A stretch of 5,145 nt of DNA from Fonticula alba ATCC 38817 (taxonomy: Eukaryota; Protista; Nucleariida): NCBI GenBank assembly GCA_000388065.2, contig KB932201.1; one strand, given 5' to 3'. This document shows positions 1 through 5,145 of the stretch, one piece after another. Every line of letters begins with the position of its first letter. The first letter of the stretch is position 1. The notes below the pieces were generated by a model. It searched no databases. It worked only from the letters and a program-made list of their open reading frames with translations, and was not told where the DNA came from. Position numbers and translations under genes: made by a program.

Positions 1-59
1 AACAGCAGGAAAGACAGGCCAATGCCCCGGGAAGAAGCGTGGCGGGCGGGGGGACATAC
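1..59 (-). other. 5' part of MRE11 intron (phase 0), runs off left edge
   Basis: Donor GTATGT at 59-54 directly after in-frame GCG codon (62-60); pyrimidine-rich sequence follows. Confidence 0.75.
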
Positions 60-1076
60 CGCGGAATTGACCTGCTCCTCGTCGGTGTAGCTCAAGTGGA
101 CGAGCGACCGGACGGACATGTCGATCTCGCTGGAAATGACCTTCTGGATGGATGCCGCATCGCCCTTCTCCACAAATGCCTCCAGGGCATCGAGCAGGCG
201 ATTCTCGCACAAGACCCGGAGTTTGTCACCCGGCCCGGCGGAAAGCAAATCCGAAGAGGGACCTGCTGTGGGGGCCCCCACGCCGCCGGGCGGCACGAGA
301 AACGTGTCCGAAGGACCGGCACCCGCTCCGGCTGCGACAGCCGCCCCGGCCGGCAGGAGGATGGTCCGCAGGAAGTCCTTGATGCTGGAGGGATCCAGCT
401 CGGCCGGGCGGAGGGACTCCTCATCGAAGACGGGCTCGGCAGTACTGGCGCCGGCTCCGGAACGGGCACGCATGGCCGCGACATTGCGCTTGGCTCGGGT
501 GGCTGCGGGAGGATCCCGAGTCGGGGAGCAGGGTCAGACGTGCACAAGATGCCAGGGGAGCATGCGGCCACCGGGGGCCGGCGGTGGAAACGCACCCGCA
601 CGGCGCTTGGTCGTGAGTTGGATGATGTTTGAAGGGTTGGCCACGCTGTTGGCAAACTGCTGTCCAAACCGGAAGACATTGAAAAGGTGCTTGTCGCCAA
701 TGGTCACGCGCAGGCGAATCAACGGGCGCGGGGGGTCCCCCACATCGTCGGGATTGCGTTCAAGCCACTCCCGGTGCGCCTGTCGGATCAGGTCGTTCAC
801 CTGTTCCGGCCAGGGGCGGGAGGGAGGGGGGGAGGGGGGAGGCAGAAAGAAGGCGGGTCAGTGAAGAAACGGCAAACCGGGGAGAGGAGCGAGAAGCATC
901 AACGCACACGCTGCTTCAGGTGCTCCATGATGGCGTCACGATCTTCTGGCGGGCGATCCGACACATCCTCATCCTCGATGGCCATCGGTCGGACGGTCTT
1001 CAGCACCACGGGAAAGAGACGGAAGTCGTGCTCCCCGGTGTCGGGATCGGCCATGATCTCCAAGATGGCAATGTGC
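60..1076 (-). CDS. MRE11: Double-strand break repair nuclease MRE11, partial (internal exons 1076-908, 800-596, 502-60); capping/DNA-binding domain and RAD50-binding helical region
   Basis: Manual splicing gives an open frame with matching phases: (g)HIAILEIMADPDTGEHDFRLFPVVLKTVRPMAIEDEDV...EHLKQR | VNDLIRQAHREW...RPLIRLRVTIGDKHLFNVFRFGQQFANSVANPSNIIQLTTKRRA | ATRAK...SIKDFLRTILL...KLRVLCENRLLDALEAFVEKGDAASIQKVI...EEQVNSA. These match eukaryotic MRE11 motifs as I recall them: KHVGLLRI..IPLHTVRQF, PLVRLRV..RFSQKFVDRVANP, RVEDLV, LSLL.E..EAVQEFVDK..AI. All junctions are GT-AG. Confidence 0.93.
503..595 (-). other. MRE11 intron, 93 nt, phase 1
   Basis: Donor GTGCGT (595-590), branch-like CTGAC (537-533), acceptor CCCGCAG; removal restores the MRE11 frame (G|CC = Ala). 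Confidence 0.88.
801..907 (-). other. MRE11 intron, 107 nt, phase 0
   Basis: Donor GTGCGT (907-902), branch-like CTGAC (861-857), C/T tract, acceptor AACAG; joins KQR to VNDL. Confidence 0.9.
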
Positions 1077-1100
1077 CTGGGAAGAGACAGCGGGGGGGGG
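1077..1100 (-). other. 3' end of MRE11 intron (phase 2), truncated by the N gap
   Basis: Minus strand reads ccccccccc-gctgtctcttcccag followed by g|CAC ATT GCC, consistent with split codon AA|G (Lys) of the K-H-(V/I) motif. Confidence 0.8.
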
Positions 1101-1110
1101 NNNNNNNNNN
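1101..1110. other. Scaffold gap (10 N) adjoining a G run
   Basis: Ten Ns directly after nine Gs; sequence on the two sides belongs to different genes on opposite strands. Confidence 0.95.
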
Positions 1111-1168
1111 CGATTGCTTTCATTTGCCCGTGCGCCTGCCTGCCACCAATCCCACCGGGTATCCAGAG

Positions 1169-2945
1169 ATGCCGTCTCACTCTCCGGCTCCGGGTCCCAC
1201 GGCTGCCCCTCCGGCGTCCAGCGTGAGTGCGCCCAGCCCGGTCCCGGCTCCGGCCCCGGTCCCGGCCCCGGGCTCGGCCCCGGTCCCGGCCCCCGGCACT
1301 GTGGCTCCGCCGCCGCCCGCGGGGGATGCCTTCCGATCGCCTACCTTCATCCCTCTGGCGGCCGGTGGTAGCCCGCATGCGCCGCCGCCTCTTGGCGCTC
1401 ATCCGGGAACCGTGTCGCCTGCCCTCGTGCACAACCCCCTCCGGCATATTCCCGGCTCCAGCCAGGCCCCGGTGCCGCATTTCGCCGTGCCACCGTCCAC
1501 ATTCAGCGGCGGCCATGTTTCCCTCTTCCAGCCGAACACCGCGGGCGAGGTGACTTCCCCGGCCCCGGCCCCGGCTCCGGTGGGCACGCCTCCGCACCCG
1601 GCGCCCTTCACGCCGGCGGCTTCGCACGAGCCGGCTCCCGCTGAGACCGACGCCGCCGCCGCCGGGGCGGCCGAGCCACCGGCCTCCACCTCGGCTCCTG
1701 TGGCCATGTCGGCTCCCCCACCAGCGGCGAGCCCTGCGGCGGGTGACATCTCGCACCTGTTCCCGGGCATCGTGTCCGCCGGCTTCCCCGGGGCGGATTC
1801 CACCTCCAGCACGGTTGAGCCAACTCCCTCCTCTTCGTCCTTCCTGCCAGATGCCGGGGCCTCGCTCCCGTCCACTGTGGTCGAGGGGGCCGCGGCGCTG
1901 TCCATTTCGGACCCCGCTCCGGCTGTGGGGGCCTCCGCTGCCCCGACCACCCCGAAGGGCTCGGATGATGGTGAGCTGGCCGCCCTGCGTGCGCAGCTCG
2001 CCGAGATGGCTGCCAAGGTACGCACGCTCTTTCCACATGGGACCCAGCCAGGAGGGCTACTCCTACTGGGGGGGTCATATGAACCTGGGCCACTGACTTC
2101 CCTGCTCGCGTGTCCTCCCTCTTCCTGCGCTGCTCCTCCCCCGGCCCCCCCCCTCCCCTCCCCTCCCTCCCTCATCCGAATGACAATTTACCCCGGGGCT
2201 CGGCCAGGAGCAACAAACCGCCGAGCAGCTCCGGCTCGAGGCTGCGGCCTTGGCGGAAGCACGCCAGGAGATCCAACTTCTGAAGGCCCATGCACAGGAG
2301 GCTGCCACCCGCACCCAGCACACGGATGCCCACAATGCCCAGCTGCTGGAGCAGCTCCACCAGTCGCAGGCCCACGCCCAGCAGACGGCCCAGCAGGCGG
2401 CCCAAACCCAGGCCCAACTCCAGCAGACCCAGGCCGACATGCAGCATTTCCAGTCCCAGGCTCAGGCCGACATCCAGCGCCTCCAGGCCCAGCTCCAGAC
2501 CCAGCAGACTGGCGCCCAGCAGCAACACGCCGCCGAGGTGCAGCAGCAGGCCGCCGAGGTGCAGCAGCTCCGCCGTGAGGCCCAGCAGCTCCACGCCGAT
2601 AAGCAGGCTCTCGAGGCCCAGGTCGCCGCGCTGCGCCAGGCTCTGGAGGAGGCCCAGGGGGCCGCGTCGGCTGCTACGGCTGCGGCGGCCGCCGCCGAGG
2701 CCGCCGCCGCCGCCGCCACTGCCGCTGCCGCTGCCTCGGCTCCTCAGAACCCCACTCAGGAGGCTGGCGCGGAGGCGGACGGCCATTTCGACAACATTCC
2801 GGATGACATTTTCCTGGTGATCTTCGACTATCAGAAGCGCATCAAGCGCTACCGCCAGCGCCTCCGGGCATACCCGGCGGAGATCCTGTCCGAGGATGAC
2901 GACATCGACGGTGATGAGGAGGAGGATGACGCCGCGGCCTTTTAG
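1169..2945 (+). CDS. Hypothetical protein, about 528 aa (exons 1169-2017 and 2208-2945): Pro/Ala/Ser-rich disordered N-half, Gln/Ala-rich coiled coil, poly-Ala linker, short hydrophobic/basic motif, acidic tail; may be 5'-incomplete
   Basis: Long open frame with GC3-biased codons. Donor AAG|GTACGC at 2018 and acceptor CCAG|GAG at 2207 join EMAAK to EQQTAEQLRLEAAALAEARQEIQLL in phase 0, continuing the heptad pattern. ATCCAG at 1161-1166 could be an acceptor, so ATG 1169 may be internal. No family recognised. Confidence 0.8.
1239..1297 (+). repeat. Degenerate hexamer coding repeat (PVPAPAPVPAPG...)
   Basis: Repeated CCGGYC-like units within the Pro-rich exon. Confidence 0.7.
1375..1408 (+). 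repeat. Copy 1 of exact 34-nt direct repeat
   Basis: gcatgcgccgccgcctcttggcgctcatccggga, identical to 5112-5145; lies inside coding exon (HAPPPLGAHPG). Confidence 0.95.
2018..2207 (+). other. Intron, 190 nt, phase 0
   Basis: Donor GTACGC, CTGAC at 2093-2097 and ATGAC at 2180-2184, long C/T tract 2131-2173, acceptor CAG. Confidence 0.85.
2529..2568 (+). repeat. 21-nt-period tandem duplication encoding AAEVQQQ/AAEVQQL (one heptad)
   Basis: gccgccgaggtgcagcagc at 2529-2547 and 2550-2568. Confidence 0.9.
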
Positions 2946-3096
2946 GTGCTCTGCCGAGCCCGCGGCCGCTGTGTCGGTCGGAAGTCGCCACGCATCCCTC
3001 CTCTGCAGTCTGCTTCGTCCCCTCCCCCCCCCCCCATTACTCACCGGACACCACGGCACTCGATCGTCCCCTCCCCCCCCCCCCATACCTCAAAAG
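2946..3096 (+). other. Probable intron; 5' end uncertain (GTGCTC at 2946 or GTCGGA at 2977)
   Basis: Two C tracts, branch-like TACTCAC (3038-3044), acceptor AAAAG at 3096 followed by coding-like sequence. Confidence 0.55.
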
Positions 3097-3246
3097 CCGG
3101 TCAACGCTTGCGCCCCCCTGGCGCGCAGCCTCCAGCGCTGCATGAACTCCCTCGCGCAGAAGGTGTACGGCGCGGCCGAGGACGAGTACATGAAGGCCCG
3201 CTCGGATTTCGTCAACCAGCAGCAGCAGCAGCGGCCTTCCAAGTAG
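3097..3246 (+). CDS. Coding-like exon PVNACAPLARSLQRCMNSLAQKVYGAAEDEYMKARSDFVNQQQQQRPSK*, probably the C-terminal part of the upstream hypothetical gene
   Basis: 49 codons with strongly G/C-ending usage like the other exons, preceded by an intron-like pyrimidine tract and AG; separated from the upstream frame by TAG 2943-2945. Confidence 0.55.
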   Translation, partial: PVNACAPLARSLQRCMNSLAQKVYGAAEDEYMKARSDFVNQQQQQRPSK

Positions 3247-3265
3247 CTGGCCCACCTCCTGTCGG

Positions 3266-3268
3266 GTC

Positions 3269-3358
<90 letters not shown>

Positions 3359-3374
3359 TCCTCTCCCCGCGCAG
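3266..3374 (+). other. Probable intron dominated by poly-C (3'UTR or coding)
   Basis: G|GTCTCC donor at 3266 and acceptor CTCTCCCCGCGCAG at 3374; no branch A visible, so the interior may be mis-assembled. Confidence 0.45.
3270..3356 (+). repeat. Poly-C homopolymer, 87 nt
   Basis: Direct count; length and content likely unreliable. Confidence 0.9.
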
Positions 3375-3603
3375 GGGAAGGGCAGCGGGGGGCGCAATCG
3401 CGCGCCCTGCCCGTGCCGCCGGCCCTCGCGAAGATTCTCGCCCCCCAGCGAGCATTGCCACGCCCCCCCTCCTTGCTGGCCATTGCCGCCGAGGAGGAGG
3501 GTGTCCCGTCGGGCAAGTTGCCCACGCTGTGGTCCCATGACTGCGCGCCCGCCGCCGCCAATGTCACGCTCGCGCACGTGCCATCACCACATGAATGCCA
3601 TTC

Positions 3604-3609
3604 AATAAA
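3604..3609 (+). terminator. Putative polyadenylation signal AATAAA of the plus-strand gene
   Basis: Canonical hexamer in a locally AT-richer patch, followed by a GT/T-rich stretch (gtttgcttgttgtctattttg). Confidence 0.55.
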
Positions 3610-3864
3610 CGATAGACAATGTATCCCCGTTTGCTTGTTGTCTATTTTGCCCGGCGATTGCGTGAACCCGGGACCCCTGCCCCCTCACGCACGTCCGACC
3701 GCCATCCGGCGCAGGGTGCGCCCGTCCGCCCGCCTCGCCCGCGACCGGGGGAAACTCGCGGTTCACACGCATGAGTCGCCGCCGGTCGCGTCGGCCATTC
3801 AAAGGGGAAAGCCCAAGATCCGCGGCGCGGGGGGCAGCTGGGCGGGGGGCATTTATCCCGGGGG

Positions 3865-3874
3865 NNNNNNNNNN
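3865..3874. other. Scaffold gap (10 N) between a G run and a CCCCA repeat
   Basis: Ten Ns flanked by low-complexity sequence. Confidence 0.95.
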
Positions 3875-3969
3875 CACCCCACCCCACCCCATCCACATAT
3901 ACACATCCGTACACACGCCACCCCCATCCCCAGCGACTGGGTCTCCACCTGGTCCTGTGTAGAATACAC

Positions 3970-4103
3970 CTAGCAGGAGATCCAGGCAAAGAGGCAAGGT
4001 AAGGGCAAGCAAAAGGAACCACAGACAATCGGGGGGGCATGCATTTCGGGCATCGACCGCCGGCGGCATGTGCACCCGAACCGCTGACAGGAAGTCCGCG
4101 CAC
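3970..4103 (-). other. Possible intron just downstream of the TGA at 4112-4110 (134 nt)
   Basis: Donor GTGCGC at 4103 resembles the other donors; branch-like CTTAC, long pyrimidine tract and acceptor CTAG at 3970. Confidence 0.45.
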
Positions 4104-4109
4104 CCCGGA

Positions 4110-5084
4110 TCAGTCGCTGGACAGGAAGTCCTCCAGCTGCGAAAGGGGCGGCTCGCTGGAGAGAAGTTGTGAAATGGAAGAGGGATCGAAGCCGTCGGCC
4201 GCCGGGAGGGAGTCCAGGCCAGCAGCCGAGGAGAAGGTGGGCGGCGCGCCCGAACTCCGGGCTGTCCGATAGAAGGCATCCGGGATGTCGTCCTCCGAGT
4301 CGGCGCCGACAGGCCGACCGCCCGGGGCCACGGCCGCCGGAGTGGCCCCCGGAGTGGCCCCCGGCCGAGCAAGCAACGAAGTCAGCCGGCCAACATGTGC
4401 CGGAGCCGCGGCCCCCAGGAAGGAGGGCTGAGAGAAGGGCGCGCTAAGGGTGTCCTGCTGGGTGGGCAGGGCGCCGGGGCTGTGTGCCTGAGCGCCGGGC
4501 TCCGACTTGATCGCCGGTGCCAGGCGGGCCTGCTTGGCGGGTGGCGGGGCAGCGGGCGCGGCAGCGGTGCCGGTGCCGGTGCCGGTGCCGGCACCGGCCG
4601 TGGCAGCTGTGGTGGCCCTCGCGCGCCGGCGCCCCGTACTCCGGGGAACATAGTCCTCGAGGTCCTCCTCGGACATGATGTCAACATCGGACTCGAGCTC
4701 GGACTCGGAGGCCGGACGAACGGCGGACCGGCGGGCGGGGGGTCGCCGCGCCGGGCCCCCGGTGGCTGATGCCTTTGAAGGGGGCGCTGCCGAGGCCGCC
4801 CTCGAGGGCCCGGGGGAGGCCCGGCCCTTCCGCGGCCGGGAGCCGGCCACTACCGCCCGGGGGGGCACACTCCCAAACCCCACCTCCGGCGCGCCCGCGT
4901 CACCGGGCAGCAAAGCCGCCCGGCCGAGAGGGTGTAGATCGGACACAACCGGCCGATCGAAGACGGCCGCCTGCTCGGCCGACTCAAGTGACTCGGCCAG
5001 TGCCAATGGTGTGACTGTCCCCTCGCGGAAGCCATCCGGGTCGCGGCGATACTGATCGAAGCGGCTGCGTTTGGCATGTTGAAG
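4110..5084 (-). CDS. MRE11: Terminal exon, 324 aa, low-complexity; probable C-terminal region of MRE11
   Basis: Acceptor cccccgggccaccgCAG|CTT at 5085 opens LQHAKRSRFDQYRRDPDG..., open to TGA at 4112-4110. Phase 0 matches the donor at 59. The join EEQVNSA|LQHAKRSRFDQYRR gives a plausible continuous helix at the position of human EDKIDEEVRRFRETRQ (from memory). Arg-rich and acidic patches, SQ motifs and DSEDDIPDAF (compare human SSEDDDDDPF) fit an MRE11 tail. Low complexity limits certainty. Confidence 0.62.
   Translation of the reverse strand, partial: LQHAKRSRFDQYRRDPDGFREGTVTPLALAESLESAEQAAVFDRPVVSDLHPLGRAALLPGDAGAPEVGFGSVPPRAVVAGSRPRKGRASPGPSRAASAAPPSKASATGGPARRPPARRSAVRPASESELESDVDIMSEEDLEDYVPRSTGRRRARATTAATAGAGTGTGTGTAAAPAAPPPAKQARLAPAIKSEPGAQAHSPGALPTQQDTLSAPFSQPSFLGAAAPAHVGRLTSLLARPGATPGATPAAVAPGGRPVGADSEDDIPDAFYRTARSSGAPPTFSSAAGLDSLPAADGFDPSSISQLLSSEPPLSQLEDFLSSD
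4337..4364 (+). repeat. 12-nt tandem repeat (ccggagtggccc x2 + ccgg) encoding PGATPGATP on the minus strand
   Basis: Direct reading. Confidence 0.85.
4565..4598 (+). repeat. (CGGTGC)n hexamer repeat encoding AGAGTGTGTGT on the minus strand
   Basis: Direct reading. Confidence 0.85.
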
Positions 5085-5111
5085 CTGCGGTGGCCCGGGG
5101 GAGGGGGGGGG
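5085..5111 (-). other. 3' end of an intron (phase 0)
   Basis: Poly-C tract followed by GGGCCACCGCAG on the minus strand, same style as the other introns. Confidence 0.75.
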
Positions 5112-5145
5112 GCATGCGCCGCCGCCTCTTGGCGCTCATCCGGGA
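5112..5145 (+). repeat. Copy 2 of exact 34-nt direct repeat, runs off right edge
   Basis: Identical to 1375-1408; begins at the end of a G run. Confidence 0.95.

Noticed and set aside
39-864. Plus-strand ORFs 39..632, 118..864, 152..382 and minus ORF 92..700
   Set aside because: Antisense or off-frame shadows of the MRE11 exons in GC-rich DNA; no independent motifs.
1101-1168. Bidirectional promoter between MRE11 and the plus-strand gene
   Set aside because: The MRE11 side is an intron end rather than a gene start, and adjacency across the gap is unverified.
899-2578. ORFs 899..2038 (-) and 920..2578 (+) as single proteins
   Set aside because: They read through the N gap and introns, fusing unrelated pieces; only sub-segments are real exons.
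2172-3086. 304-aa Leu/Gly-rich minus-strand ORF that looks hydrophobic
   Set aside because: It is the antisense of CAG/GCC-rich coiled-coil codons (CTG = Leu).
3217-3232. (CAG)5 tract as an unstable repeat
   Set aside because: Short poly-Gln, ordinary for this composition.
2946-3608. Poly-Pro and poly-Gly ORFs suggesting formin or WASP-like proteins
   Set aside because: They result from translating the 87-nt C homopolymer.
3875-3895. CCCCA repeats next to the gap as a possible telomere relic
   Set aside because: Only about three units, internal, and not a telomeric repeat I recognise.
3602-4447. Assorted ORFs on both strands around the second gap
   Set aside because: They cross Ns, lack coding bias and lie in the convergent 3' region.
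4581-4598. 18-bp perfect palindrome gccggtgccggcaccggc
   Set aside because: By-product of the Gly-Ala/Gly-Thr hexamer coding repeat; no flanking element structure.
1375-5145. 34-nt direct repeats as LTR, transposon ends or CRISPR repeat
   Set aside because: Only two copies 3.7 kb apart, one inside a coding exon; no TG..CA ends, target-site duplication, transposase, RT or spacers.

Overview
GC-rich, intron-containing eukaryotic genomic DNA, probably from a protist, though the taxon cannot be assigned from sequence alone. It has two 10-N scaffold gaps and long C/G homopolymers. (1) Minus strand, 60..1076: three spliced exons encode the capping/DNA-binding domain and RAD50-binding helical region of MRE11. 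The N-terminal phosphoesterase motifs are not in the window. (2) Plus strand, 1169..2945: a two-exon gene for an unknown Pro/Ala-rich, Gln-rich coiled-coil protein. It is followed by a coding-like exon (3097..3246) beyond the TAG, then a likely further intron and an AATAAA at 3604. (3) Minus strand, 4110..5084: a long low-complexity terminal exon that reads, by phase and sequence, as the continuation of the MRE11 exon ending at 60, yet lies upstream of it. The main anomalies are this permuted exon order, a 34-nt exact copy of internal sequence at the right edge, and three stop codons that each sit 0-19 nt before a candidate splice donor with an in-phase open continuation. Short-read mis-scaffolding, a homopolymer error and ordinary 3'UTR introns are the conservative explanations. 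Recoding or a circular or duplicated locus are testable alternatives. No RNA genes, transposons or CRISPR arrays are supported.
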